A stretch of 64,000 nt of DNA from Terriglobia bacterium (lineage in GTDB: Bacteria > Acidobacteriota > Terriglobia > 20CM-2-55-15): assembly GCA_963664115.2 (NCBI GenBank), contig CAXWPJ010000006.1, positions 128,001 to 192,000 on the forward strand, written 5' to 3'. Made by a program: the position numbers and the translations under genes. The notes below the pieces were generated by a model. That model was given only the letters and a program-made list of their open reading frames with translations, made no database searches and had not been told where the DNA came from. Of the stretch, positions 9,087-19,727 are shown piece after piece (position 1 is the stretch's first letter; the number at the start of each line of letters is the position of its first letter).

Positions 9087-9692
9087 GTGATCTATTCCAT
9101 GAAACCCGGCGTGACAGCTTCGATCGTAGCAGCTTTGATGATGGCCGGAGTCAGTACGCTTGGGGACTTTCTCTGGGCGGACGTTCTTCCGCGGCCACAT
9201 CCGGCGTTCTACGGTGTCATCCATGGCGGGATTCTCTTCCTCTGCGTCGGTCTCATTCTTGGCGCATCAGCCAGACGGCCCTTGACCGGTGCCATCGGGG
9301 CGGCAGCGATCGGCGCACTGGCGTCGGTGGGTTTCTATGCGTTCGTTCCGTTTGCGGGATATTCGGTGATGTTCCCGCTTTGGATCGGTGTATGGGTAGC
9401 TCTCGGCGTGTTGCACGAAAGTCTTCACGTGCGGCGAGTCGCGCTTCGCTTCGCGTTGACCCGGGGTGGGCTTGCGGCAATTGCCGCCGGGTCAGCCTTC
9501 TACTTGGTTTCGGGGATCTGGTTTCCCTTCGATCCGCAGGGTTGGGATTTCACGGTGCACTTCGGCGCCTGGACGATCGCATACTTCCCCGGGTTCGCAG
9601 CTCTCCTCATCAGCAGATCCGACTTTCGGAGGCGAACAAACCCCAACGTTGGACGCTCGGGTGCGGTGGTCGGGACAGACGGATCAGACTGA
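9087..9692 (+). CDS. Hypothetical membrane protein
   Basis: About 6 hydrophobic segments. Confidence 0.65.
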   Translation: MIYSMKPGVTASIVAALMMAGVSTLGDFLWADVLPRPHPAFYGVIHGGILFLCVGLILGASARRPLTGAIGAAAIGALASVGFYAFVPFAGYSVMFPLWIGVWVALGVLHESLHVRRVALRFALTRGGLAAIAAGSAFYLVSGIWFPFDPQGWDFTVHFGAWTIAYFPGFAALLISRSDFRRRTNPNVGRSGAVVGTDGSD

Positions 9693-10108
9693 GAATTTCA
9701 GCGTCCGGCTCAGCAAGCCAAAAGTCCGCTTCTCTTCCGTCCGACCTCCCTTCTTTCATTCTCAAGTCCTGTATCATCGTGTCGGAAGTTGAAAATCCTC
9801 TGTATTTAGGCCGATTCTCAACTACTGACAAATCCGTGTGTCTCAGTTGAGCTTTTCTTGCTAATAAATTTCACCCGTAGTCGAATTTATAAAGAATATC
9901 AGGCGTCAGAATCAGCGTACGCTATGGCATTGACACCCACTACAGCAAAGTAACGAGCATAGACGCTGTTGATAGCCGAGTAATACAGGATCTTGTCGCG
10001 CCATTCCGATCTTGCATCAGCGCCCAGCTGCCCGTGTCGGCAAGAAGAATTTACGAAGGCCGAGCCCTTTTGTGGCAGTATTGGTTATCCGCAAGGGAGG
10101 GAGAGATC

Positions 10109-10837
10109 ATGCGCATGACCGCGTTAGTTTTCGCTTTGGTGCTGTTGCTGCCTGGACCCGCAGTCGCCCAGGAATGGGAGGAGTATGTCAACACGCAAGA
10201 CGGCTTTAGAGTGAACTTTCCGGGGCAGCCCGAGGTGAGAGAGACCACCTGGACGTCGCAAATGGACTACATCCTTCCCGCGCGTGTTTACAGCGCCGGC
10301 AGAGACTCCGAGCACTACTCGGTCACAGTTGTCGATTACACCGATCTGGAACGACAGGGTATCGAGCGTTCCAAGACGTGTCCCCCCGGCAACGCCCAGT
10401 GCCGTGAAAACGCCCCCGACACCATCGGGCCCGGGTATTGGAAGCAGGATGAGCGGGGGGCGATCGTGTATGCGACGTCCAAGCTCCTTCAGCGGGACGC
10501 CACGCTCACAAATCTGGTTTGGGACTGGCAGGACATGGTTGAAGGACACTCCATACACCTGACCAACAACGCCGACCAGTCCCGCACCTTTGCGTACATC
10601 CTGATGCATGAAAACAAACTGTATATTCTGGAAGGCACGGTGCCGCAGGGATACCCGGAGCCAGGCTTGTTTCAGCAGTCGATGGGGTGGGTTGACAACG
10701 ATGGGAATAGGATTCGTTACCAGATGATTTATTCCAACTCGTACCACGGAATGGGCGTGTACCCGGTACCGCCTATCGCTGGCACCGGTGGGGGCGTTGG
10801 CGACGGTGCCGGGGTTCCGGTGGGTGGTGGCAGATAG
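10109..10837 (+). CDS. Secreted hypothetical protein (paralog of next gene)
   Basis: SD GGAGG, signal peptide ending AVA-QEW; shares F.GQP/LPARVYSA/LVEGH/HENKLYI.EG.VP.GYPEPG.FQQS motifs with next ORF. Confidence 0.8.
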   Translation: MRMTALVFALVLLLPGPAVAQEWEEYVNTQDGFRVNFPGQPEVRETTWTSQMDYILPARVYSAGRDSEHYSVTVVDYTDLERQGIERSKTCPPGNAQCRENAPDTIGPGYWKQDERGAIVYATSKLLQRDATLTNLVWDWQDMVEGHSIHLTNNADQSRTFAYILMHENKLYILEGTVPQGYPEPGLFQQSMGWVDNDGNRIRYQMIYSNSYHGMGVYPVPPIAGTGGGVGDGAGVPVGGGR

Positions 10838-10975
10838 TCCCGGAGGTACTGGATCCAGCGGTCTCTCCTCAGTTGCAGCCCGTTAAACATTGCACGCCCC
10901 GCTTGTTTCGTCTATGCTCTCGCCTATTATTCCTGCTTCTTTTTTGCAGTTTTTTGAAGACGCTGGAGGGGGTGA

Positions 10976-11701
10976 ATGATGCGCCTGATTCCAATTGTTT
11001 GGGCAGTCCTGGTGCTCTCAATGTCGGAGCCTTCGTTCGCCCAGGAATGGATTGAGTTTGCCAGTCCGGAAGATCGCTTCACGTGCAATTTCCCAGGCGA
11101 ACCGACCGTATCTGAGACCACCTATCTATCGGAATATGGCGCCGATCTGCCGGCGCGTGTTTACAGCGCCACCCAAGGCCAGAGCCGCTATTCCGTAACG
11201 GTGGTCGATTACAACCAGGCCCAACCGATACTTACAGAAAAAGCCGAGGCCTGCCCACCCGGCGCCGAACCCTGCAGGGGAGGAACCAACACCGGTGCGG
11301 GATACTGGAGGAATGATGTGCGCGGCGCGATTGTCTATGCGTCGTGGCAGTTAATGCAACGGGACGTTGAGTTGACTCACTACATGTGGAATTTTGTCGA
11401 CCTCGTGGAAGGGCACCAGCTACACCTGACCAACAACACCGATAGATCCCGTACGTTCGCGTCGATCTACATGCACGAAAACAAGCTATATATCGCGGAG
11501 GGAATCGTGCCGGCGGGTTACCCAGAGCCGGGGATCTTTCAGCAATCGCTAGGATGGCTCGACGAGAACGGGATCGGGCTTCGCTATCAGGCCGTCTACT
11601 CCAACGGATCCCCCCCACCCCCCCGTGTGGACCGAGCGACTCGGCCGGGTCAAGGCCGGATTGACGCTCCTGAGGCAGGTCAAGGGCGGCAGGAGCGCTA
11701 G
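10976..11701 (+). CDS. Secreted hypothetical protein (paralog of previous gene)
   Basis: Signal peptide ending SFA-QEW; same motifs. Confidence 0.8.
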   Translation: MMRLIPIVWAVLVLSMSEPSFAQEWIEFASPEDRFTCNFPGEPTVSETTYLSEYGADLPARVYSATQGQSRYSVTVVDYNQAQPILTEKAEACPPGAEPCRGGTNTGAGYWRNDVRGAIVYASWQLMQRDVELTHYMWNFVDLVEGHQLHLTNNTDRSRTFASIYMHENKLYIAEGIVPAGYPEPGIFQQSLGWLDENGIGLRYQAVYSNGSPPPPRVDRATRPGQGRIDAPEAGQGRQER

Positions 11702-11740
11702 TCGCGAAAAGTTATTCTATCGACAACGAGGAGGGTAAGC

Positions 11741-12142
11741 ATGCGTTTCAAACTAGGTCTTGGTCTTGTGGCGATTTGTGGCGTTGCTCTCGCCTTGCCG
11801 GCGTGGGCACACCACTCCCACGGCAACTACGTCGACACGTTTATTGATATTGAAGGTGTGGTCAAGGAATTTCACTTGATCGCCCCGCACTCCTGGATCT
11901 ACCTGGAAGTCATCGACGCCAATGGCGATCCGCAAATGTGGGCTTTGGAAGCAACCGGTCGCGCGGGGCTCGAAAGAATAGAAGTGACGCGCGACTACCT
12001 CAAACCGGGCGACACTGTCAAAGCGCGCTGCCATCATCACAGGGACGGCTCCAACGGCTGTCTTCTGGGATTTCTGAAAGCCCAAGACGGAACCGTCAAA
12101 GATTGGGACGGCAATAACGCGCCTCCACCGACTGATTTCTGA
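11741..12142 (+). CDS. DUF6152-like secreted protein
   Basis: Signal peptide, AWAHHS, EGVVKEF..IAPHSWIYLEV...WALE...LKPGDTV pattern. Confidence 0.75.
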   Translation: MRFKLGLGLVAICGVALALPAWAHHSHGNYVDTFIDIEGVVKEFHLIAPHSWIYLEVIDANGDPQMWALEATGRAGLERIEVTRDYLKPGDTVKARCHHHRDGSNGCLLGFLKAQDGTVKDWDGNNAPPPTDF

Positions 12143-12768
12143 GAGCTCCGGACTGACTGCTTGAACAGTTTTAACTAGACTGCGACACTATCTCCAGATC
12201 ACCGAGAGTTCGAAATCTTCGGTGACGCGGCTTGTTCCGCGGCGGGTGGTTTGGCCCTCTCACAGCCAAGAATGGAGGTGAGCCAGTGCCAATAGCCAAA
12301 AAGTTCATCAACGTATTGCGAAGAGAGCGAAATGGCTCTTGGAAGCATTTCTGGGGAATGTGGAACGCAATGCCACCCGAGGAGCTGCAACGCTAGCCGA
12401 TTCTTAGGTTCAAGTCCTGATCATTCATCTTCTCGGACGTTGACGACAGGACGACCACCATTCCTGGGAACTCTCGCCTTTTAGATAGTCACGGGTCGTT
12501 TTCCCTCGGCCGATTTGTGCGTCTAAAAACCATTGCGAGGAGCGCAGAGGTCCTTCAACGCGATTTCGCGCCGCACGATCCTGGAATGAGATTCTAGTTC
12601 CAGCGCAGAAAATTTTCATGGCCAGGGTGTTCTTGTTTTGACTCTCCCGCTCGGCTACGAGTTATAATCGGTCCATCTTATTACTGACGTTTACTGAAAT
12701 GTGCTCTTGGCCCATGTTCCTTCGTGGGGCCGATCGCGCGAAACACGTTTCGACATGGGGGTAATCCA

Positions 12769-13329
12769 ATGAAACGCATGATTCTCATCATTCTCGGTCT
12801 CGCTTCGCTGACGTTTTCAACAAGCCTGTACGCACAATCGGACGCGGAAATCATCGAACGGGCGCTTTCGGCGGCGCCGGCCCGGGGTCGCGACGCGACC
12901 GCGGTCATCAAGTGGAACGCCGACTACACTTACGAAACGATAAGGGAAGGCACCAACACAATGGTCTGCTTCGACCGGTCCGGGGAACCACACCAACGGC
13001 GGCCGTTCGCGATGCACTGCACCAACGTAGGGAACCTGCCCAGGGAAGCACAGAACCGGCGGTTCGCGGATGAGGCCGCAAACAACGAAGAGCTACAGGC
13101 GATACATCGCGCCGCCGAAGAGGCCGGAACCCGCGTGGCTCCTGAGTTCGGCTCGGTGTTCATCTCCAGGAACGGCGATGACGCGGCGAGTGCCCGAAAT
13201 CACACGACCATTGCCGTGCCAGGCGCCACGACCGAGTCCCTCGGACTGCCTGAAAATTCCAACGAGGGCGGTGCCTGGATCATGCAGGCAGGTTCGAGCT
13301 ACGCCCACATCATGACGCCGGGGAGCTAG
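12769..13329 (+). CDS. Secreted hypothetical protein
   Basis: Signal peptide MKRMILII...LYAQ; C-terminal WIMQAGSSYAHIMTP. Confidence 0.75.
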   Translation: MKRMILIILGLASLTFSTSLYAQSDAEIIERALSAAPARGRDATAVIKWNADYTYETIREGTNTMVCFDRSGEPHQRRPFAMHCTNVGNLPREAQNRRFADEAANNEELQAIHRAAEEAGTRVAPEFGSVFISRNGDDAASARNHTTIAVPGATTESLGLPENSNEGGAWIMQAGSSYAHIMTPGS

Positions 13330-13400
13330 CGACCTGCAGGTGTGACAGACGGATTACGACACGCTTACCTCGCGCAGGTCTGGAAGGTGTGCGTGAAGAA

Positions 13401-13442
13401 TTGACAGGCAGGAGATCGTCGGTTCGAGTCCGGTCGATCCAA
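13401..13442 (+). pseudogene. 3' half of a tRNA, probably tRNA-Val(GAC); possible att site
   Basis: TTGACA (anticodon loop)-GGCAG-GAGATC-GTCGG-TTCGAGT-CCGGT-CGATCCA-A; no D-arm or 5' acceptor strand upstream. Confidence 0.6.
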
Positions 13443-13461
13443 TTTTAGATCGCAACAACAG

Positions 13462-13489
13462 AGGCGGGTCCAGGCGGCCCGCCTTTTTT
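13462..13489 (+). terminator. Rho-independent terminator
   Basis: AGGCGGGTC-caggc-GGCCCGCCT followed by T run. Confidence 0.8.
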
Positions 13490-13614
13490 CGTGTCCAAAC
13501 CGAGCTCCACATGGGCCGAGGCTGGTTGCGCTTGGAACCCCGTCCTGTTCGCTTCCGATTGTGCGCTTGATTCGGCCTTTTCCATGGTTGCCAGCAGCTG
13601 TAAACGACCTGAAT

Positions 13615-15855
13615 CTATCGATGGAGCGAGTAGGTGATCTTTGTCGTGAGAGAGCGGTCCGAGATGCCTGAAAAAACACCATCGGTATAGCGGGTCTCGT
13701 TGTAAACGATATGGAAATTGTCAATTGTCCGGAAGATATAGTTGAATCGCAGTTGCAGCGCCGCCAGGTCGCCTGAACTGTTGTACTGGAGAAAGGCCGA
13801 TGTCAGGAGATTGTTGGTAAAGGAAACGTTCGCACGAATCCCGACAAGATGGGTGTTGAAAGCGCCCTCGCGTAAGTCGATCGCGTTGAATCTGTAACTG
13901 GGAATGAAGTTGATATTTTCGTTGGGCCGTATGTTGCTATCCAGGTTCAAGGATCGCTTTGTGCCGTTGTAAAAGTTCCCGATGTCCACTCCGGCGCTAC
14001 CGGCAAAGCTTCTGCCGTTGAAGGAGCGAAAGCTGAGGCTGGCCGCGTTCCATTGATAGGTTCCCACCGGCAAGGTCACGCCGGGACCGATCTGGAACTC
14101 TCGGGAAAGACGTTCCAAATCGTTCCGAAGATTGAATTGCAGCCGATCACCACTCTGAAAAACAGCGGCCAGCTGCAGTCGCGTCGTCCGGCTTTTGAGC
14201 ACGTTCGCGTCGTCGTGAAAGTAAACGAAGTCCGGATTGAATTCGAAGTTGCGGATGAGGTCGCCGCCGGGTCGTGGTCTGACGTAGAACCGCGCTCCGA
14301 TCATCCGATCCCGGCGCCGGGCAAACCCGATTCCAGGATCGAAATCGGGGTCGATGTCGATGTAATTGACGCCCGCAGAAATCAAAGCGTCCTGCCACAG
14401 GACTCCGAGTTGACGGGCCGTTTGCTTGCCGCTGATCCCGGTGCTGGATGACTTTGCGAATAGACCACCCAGGGTCAAATGGTCTTTCAGGACAAAGTTT
14501 GCATCGACACCCGCCAGGCGGTTGGCGTCGCCCTGGCTCTGCCGGTTCGTAAAAATAGTGCCGATATAGGAACGACCCAGGATCTCCTTGCGAACCCGTG
14601 CCACCATGAAGTTTTCGCCTGGCTGCTGCTGATAGTCGTCGGTTTGTACGTTAAGAACGCCCAGGTCGAACCCTCCAACTTTCCCTGTCAGCTTGCCGCC
14701 CCCGACAATCGAAATGGGTTGGCCCGATTCAGACAAGCCAATCCTCCGACTGTAAAACAGTTCCAGGGGAGGCGGCCCGAAATGAAGAAAACTCACTCTC
14801 ATCTTCAAGGAATCGGCGCCTTCGATGAAGAACTGCCGTTTTTCCTGGAAGAAAAGGCTGAAGCGAGTCAGGTTGACCTGCTGTGCATCGACTTCGACCT
14901 GTCCAAAATCCGGATTGAACGCCAGGTCAGCCGTGAGGTTTGAGGTCAACGCAAACTTCAGGTCATCGATACCCACATCCCACACTTTTTGCGTTCCATT
15001 AGACCTGTCGGCGGCGAGTCGCTTGAGGCCTGCGACTACGTATGGACGTATGCGCAGACGTTCTTCCTGTGTGATTTCGCTCAGCCCTTCCAGGTGCCCC
15101 GCTTGCGAGACGTGATTGAACTGAAAGTTACGATTCCACCCCGACCAGTAGACAAACTCGTTTTTTCTCTTGATCACCCGCTCGAAGTTGATGCCCCATG
15201 TCTGTTCTGCCGCTGCCGAAAACCGGAGTATCTTGAACGGGATCGAATACTCGGCGGTCCACCCGTTTCCGGTAATGACGCTGGCCTCGGTCCACTGCTC
15301 ATCCCACTCGCTGCTTACGCGATCCGACTCGTTGCGTATGAGGGCATCAAACCGGGTTCCGAGTGGGTTGACGCGGAACAGGAAAGCGTTCCGATGATCA
15401 TGGAATGTATCGAGAATGACCGTGAAGGTGTCGTCACCCTCGAGAGTGCTGTCACGCTGCAGTTGGCTGGCCCGAATCCGATCCGGTTCGCTATCTTGAA
15501 GTTCCACTCCTACGTAAAGATTGGCTTGGTCGTAGGCAATACATACGCGGGTGGGTTCGGTGGCTTGCTGACCTTCTAGCGGTTCCTTCTGATAGAAATC
15601 GGAAATACCACACGCTCCCTCCCATATGGTTTCGTCGAGCTGGCCATCGATCAACGGTGCCTGACTGACCTGCTGAGCGTAGACCCCGGGCCGCGCTTGA
15701 TCCTGCGAGGGAGAGACCACCGCGAAAGCGTCCGTCGAGAAAAGCAGGAGGCACAGCAGAAGTGCTCGGAGGTGCCGGTGTGTTACAGCTGCGGAGCAGA
15801 AAAACAGAAGGTGTCCCGAACTCACTTGAAACCTGGTGGCGATTTGCTCCGACAT
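13615..15855 (-). CDS. DUF5916 / CBM9-like outer membrane protein
   Basis: PLIDGQLDE..W, LDTFHDHRNAFLFRVNPLG, GWTAEYSIPF, NPDFGQVEVD...NLTRFSLFFQEKRQFFIEG, FYSRRIG. Confidence 0.85.
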   Translation of the reverse strand: MSEQIATRFQVSSGHLLFFCSAAVTHRHLRALLLCLLLFSTDAFAVVSPSQDQARPGVYAQQVSQAPLIDGQLDETIWEGACGISDFYQKEPLEGQQATEPTRVCIAYDQANLYVGVELQDSEPDRIRASQLQRDSTLEGDDTFTVILDTFHDHRNAFLFRVNPLGTRFDALIRNESDRVSSEWDEQWTEASVITGNGWTAEYSIPFKILRFSAAAEQTWGINFERVIKRKNEFVYWSGWNRNFQFNHVSQAGHLEGLSEITQEERLRIRPYVVAGLKRLAADRSNGTQKVWDVGIDDLKFALTSNLTADLAFNPDFGQVEVDAQQVNLTRFSLFFQEKRQFFIEGADSLKMRVSFLHFGPPPLELFYSRRIGLSESGQPISIVGGGKLTGKVGGFDLGVLNVQTDDYQQQPGENFMVARVRKEILGRSYIGTIFTNRQSQGDANRLAGVDANFVLKDHLTLGGLFAKSSSTGISGKQTARQLGVLWQDALISAGVNYIDIDPDFDPGIGFARRRDRMIGARFYVRPRPGGDLIRNFEFNPDFVYFHDDANVLKSRTTRLQLAAVFQSGDRLQFNLRNDLERLSREFQIGPGVTLPVGTYQWNAASLSFRSFNGRSFAGSAGVDIGNFYNGTKRSLNLDSNIRPNENINFIPSYRFNAIDLREGAFNTHLVGIRANVSFTNNLLTSAFLQYNSSGDLAALQLRFNYIFRTIDNFHIVYNETRYTDGVFSGISDRSLTTKITYSLHR

Positions 15856-16102
15856 GGATCGATCGCAGTTTGTGAGGAGCGTGTCATTGTTTGAGACAGG
15901 AAGCTGTGGGGTGCATCAGCATTGGTTCGTTCATATTGTTAGTGAATACGCGCGGCCCGGGCAAGGGAAAATATCGTACCTCAGGCTGAAGACCTTTTGA
16001 AATCAGGACATAGGCCTTTCTGAAGGCACCGCGAACCCTCCACCCTGCCCCCGCCACCGGGTCCGGAGGAGTCCACTGTGGGGAGTATGATGACTCCGTA
16101 AG

Positions 16103-17950
16103 ATGTCAGAAGCCGTCTCCAAAACGTTTCCGGTCGAGCAAAGCCCTCACGAGGTTCTGGCCCGTGTATTCGGCCATGCCGGTTTCCGCGGTCTGCAGGA
16201 AGAAATCGTCAACCATATTGTCGGTTCAGGTGATGCTCTTGTCCTCATGCCCACCGGGGGAGGGAAGTCGATCTGCTACCAGGTGCCTGCGCTGTGTCTG
16301 CCCGGCATGGGTGTGGTGATTTCACCTCTGATCGCTTTGATGGAAGATCAGGTGGCGCAACTGTGCCAGTCCGGTGTACGTGCTGTCGCTCTGACCTCCA
16401 ACCTGGGTCGCGCCGATTCCCAGGCCGCGCGTGGGGCGATCGACGCGGGTGAACTCGAAATCCTGTATGTGTCTCCGGAACGTTTGCTCACAGACAGTCT
16501 TCTGGAACAGCTTGACCGCTCGGAGATCGCGCTGTTTGCAATCGACGAGGCGCACTGTGTCAGCCAGTGGGGGCACGACTTCAGGACCGAATACCGAAAA
16601 CTTGCCATGCTTGCGGATCGTTTCCCATCGGTGCCCCGAATTGCGCTGACAGCCACTGCGGACGAAGTCACGCGACGCGACATCGTCGATCAGCTCCGTC
16701 TAGAGCGGGCCCGGGTATTCATCGCCAGCTTTAACCGGCCAAACATCCATTACCGCGTGCGAGCGAAAGACAATCCGAAACGTCAGGTACTTGAATTCAT
16801 CAAGTCCGCGCATCCCGGCGAGGCGGGCATCGTATACGCGATGAGTCGAAAGAGTGTGGACCGAATGGCGGTTTACCTGGAAAAGGAGGGCGTTCGTGCC
16901 TTGCCTTACCATGCGGGACTCGATGCTCAAACGCGGACGCGCAATCATCAGCGCTTCATCATGGAAGAGGGAGTCGTGATTGTCGCGACCATCGCTTTCG
17001 GCATGGGCATCGACAAGCCGGACGTGCGTTTCGTTGCCCACATGGACATGCCGAAGTCCTTCGAGGCCTACTACCAGGAAACTGGCCGGGCCGGGCGTGA
17101 TGGGCTGAGTGCCGACGCCTTCATGGTCTACGGTCTCCAGGACCTGGCGTTGCTTCGGGGCCTGATGGAGGAGTCGACGGCGCCCGAAGCGGTTCGGAGG
17201 GTCGAACACAGGAAGCTCGAAGCTCTGTTGGGTTATTGTGAAACCCCGCGTTGCCGGCGTCAGGTCCTGCTTGAATATTTCGGCGAACAGATTGATCCCT
17301 GTGGCAATTGCGATACCTGTCTGGAGCCGGTGGAGTTGATCGATGCGAGTCGGGAAACGCGGCTGGTCCTCTCCGCAATTCACCGTTGCGGGGAGTCTTT
17401 CGGTACCCGGCACATCGTTGACGTGCTTGTCGGAAAGAATACTGAGAAAGTGCAACGATTTCGGCATGAGCGGCTCAATGTCTTCGGAATGGGCCATCAT
17501 TTGAAGGACAGGCAGTGGCAGGGGATTTTGAGGCAATTGGTGGCTCTCGGAATGATCCGCGTCGATCTGGAGAACCACAATGTGTTGCGCCTGGGTCCGC
17601 GCGACCGGGTCATGCCCGTTTTACGGGAAGAAGCGACTGTGTCACTGAGGAAGGACGCCGGGCGGCCGGCACCGAAAGCCAAAACCAGGGCTGAACGGAA
17701 GGCTGCGATCCCCTACGAAATCGCGTTACCTGAGGACCGTGCTCTCTTCGAGGCACTCCGATCCAAGCGTCTGAAAATCGCCCAGGCTCAAAATCTGCCC
17801 GCATACATCGTGTTCAATGACGCAACACTGGTCGAGTTCGTACGGCAACGGCCGAGTTCCGAGGCCGAGTTCGCCGAGATCTCAGGCGTCGGGAAATCCA
17901 AACTGGAGCGATACGGTAAAACTTTTCTTGAAGTGATCGCCCTTTCCTGA
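16103..17950 (+). CDS. recQ: ATP-dependent DNA helicase RecQ
   Basis: MPTGGGKS, DEAHCVSQWGHDFR, YYQETGRAGRDG, Zn CGNCDTC, RQC and HRDC domains. Confidence 0.97.
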   Translation: MSEAVSKTFPVEQSPHEVLARVFGHAGFRGLQEEIVNHIVGSGDALVLMPTGGGKSICYQVPALCLPGMGVVISPLIALMEDQVAQLCQSGVRAVALTSNLGRADSQAARGAIDAGELEILYVSPERLLTDSLLEQLDRSEIALFAIDEAHCVSQWGHDFRTEYRKLAMLADRFPSVPRIALTATADEVTRRDIVDQLRLERARVFIASFNRPNIHYRVRAKDNPKRQVLEFIKSAHPGEAGIVYAMSRKSVDRMAVYLEKEGVRALPYHAGLDAQTRTRNHQRFIMEEGVVIVATIAFGMGIDKPDVRFVAHMDMPKSFEAYYQETGRAGRDGLSADAFMVYGLQDLALLRGLMEESTAPEAVRRVEHRKLEALLGYCETPRCRRQVLLEYFGEQIDPCGNCDTCLEPVELIDASRETRLVLSAIHRCGESFGTRHIVDVLVGKNTEKVQRFRHERLNVFGMGHHLKDRQWQGILRQLVALGMIRVDLENHNVLRLGPRDRVMPVLREEATVSLRKDAGRPAPKAKTRAERKAAIPYEIALPEDRALFEALRSKRLKIAQAQNLPAYIVFNDATLVEFVRQRPSSEAEFAEISGVGKSKLERYGKTFLEVIALS

Positions 17951-18081
17951 ATTGATTTCGATGCCGGGTCAACTACCCGTCCGCTTCTGAGCCGCTTGGT
18001 TAGACCCGCACATCAATAGTCAAGGCGTCGGGCTTACGCTGAGAGCAAGAATAAAACCAGTGGTTTACACGGATCAGACGG

Positions 18082-18555
18082 TTGATACAGACAGTCATCA
18101 CAAACGCAATGACGCCGGATGAGTTCTGCGAAGCGCGAAAGCTGTTTGAGGAATACGCGGAATGCATCGGTCTCGACCTGGGCTTTCAGAACTTCGCCCG
18201 GGAGCTTGAAGAATTGGAACAGATGTACGCTACGCCTGCAGGCTGTCTGTTGTTGGCCTCCCAGCTCGGACTGATTGTTGGTTGCGTCGGCCTGCGTCGG
18301 TTTGAAGGAGAAATCTGCGAGATGAAGCGGCTTTACGTGCGTCCTTCCGTTCAGGGACAGGGTTTGGGGCGGGCCTTGGCCGGTGCTGCGATCGGGCAGG
18401 CGCGCAAACTGGGTTACAGACTTATGGTGCTGGATACGCTCGCTTCGATGAAACCGGCAAGAAAACTGTACCGCTCGCTCGGCTTCCGTGAAACGGATCC
18501 CTATTACGACAACCCTATCGAAGGCGCAGTGTATATGGAATTGGATCTAACCTAG
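18082..18555 (+). CDS. GNAT family N-acetyltransferase
   Basis: CEMKRLYVRPSVQGQGLGRAL ... LYRSLGF. Confidence 0.9.
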   Translation: MIQTVITNAMTPDEFCEARKLFEEYAECIGLDLGFQNFARELEELEQMYATPAGCLLLASQLGLIVGCVGLRRFEGEICEMKRLYVRPSVQGQGLGRALAGAAIGQARKLGYRLMVLDTLASMKPARKLYRSLGFRETDPYYDNPIEGAVYMELDLT

Positions 18556-18690
18556 GTCAGACGTTCATTGCTTGTTAGTTTCGTCAGTGTCTGAAGCGAT
18601 CATTTGTTCTACTGAACGCCTGGGCTCAGCCGGGTTCGCCAGCGAAGAGGTCGCACCATCTCGAATCGGGAGTCGACGGTTTTTGTTCGC

Positions 18691-19479
18691 TTACAGGGCC
18701 CGCCAGTACGGAGACTTGTGGCTGATGTTTCCGTTCACCAGGCTGATGGAAGATTCAAATGGATCCTGCAGGCGGTTGATCAGTAACAGATGGGTCAGTC
18801 TGACCGCCGCCCGGGACGCGAGGGATTCGGCCAACTCCCGGTCTTCGTCTGAGAAGGGAACGACTTCACCCATTACCGGATGCCTGGCGTTCGACAGCTG
18901 GAGGACGCCGACGATTTCATTTTCGTCGTTTTTCATCGGGACGACCAGGAATGAGCTTGAACGGTATCCGGTCCTTCTGTCGAACTCGCGAGTGAGGGAA
19001 AAATCGAAACCTTCATCGGTGTAGGCGTCGGCGATGTTCAGCGAGGTGTCGTGGTGATAGGCATACGCTGCGACGTTCGAATCGATCGGGTTGTCGTCTT
19101 TGTCGTACAAGGGAATTGGAGCCGAAGGCATCTCCGGGCCCGAGGTGCCACACATCGCGATGTCGAGGGAATCGGTACGCATGATCCCGATCTTGAGCGT
19201 GCGCTCCGCCGTCACCCGATAGATCGTCCCACTGTCTGCGCGGGCTGTGTGCTTCGCCGCGGCCAGAATGGTTTCGAACAGGTGGCCGATGTTGGTTTCC
19301 GCCGATAGCGCTACGCCGACCTCGATCACTTGTCTTCGACGTTCATTCAAGTCGGCGGGATCCGCTGGAATTTCGAGGTGACTCCACGGGTGCAAACGCG
19401 GCGTGAACCCCACGACACCATCACTTTCACGGACGTTTTCCAATGCCGCTTCGATTTCGTCTTTTCTTAGTGCACGCAT
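18691..19479 (-). pseudogene. GAF-only truncated duplicate of the GAF/HD-GYP gene
   Basis: Colinear with N-terminal ~260 aa of 20018-21814; ends at KSPY just before the HD domain. Confidence 0.7.
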
Positions 19480-19727
19480 GTCCTAATTGATCCTGGCTAC
19501 GGACGCCTGATCGATGGCGGTCGGGAATGCCGCAACGATTCCTCCAAGTCAATGAATATCCAGTGCGTTTGCTCTCAACCGATCCGGCTAAGTCTTTGCC
19601 GCGCACTTTGACCGTCTATGAACGTTATAGAGACCTTATCGGCTGTGTTTGGCATTCCTTTAGGTACAAGTGGAATTGGGGTTGGGAAAACGCAGAGTAT
19701 TGATCGAGGGATCAGACCTTGCGATGA

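Noticed and set aside
12150-12720. Small ORFs in this intergenic gap
   Set aside because: No motifs or clear SD; at most degraded gene remnants
18610-18690. Possible integron attC site
   Set aside because: The core site does not match GTTRRRY, there is no clear complementary RYYYAAC, and no integrase or array
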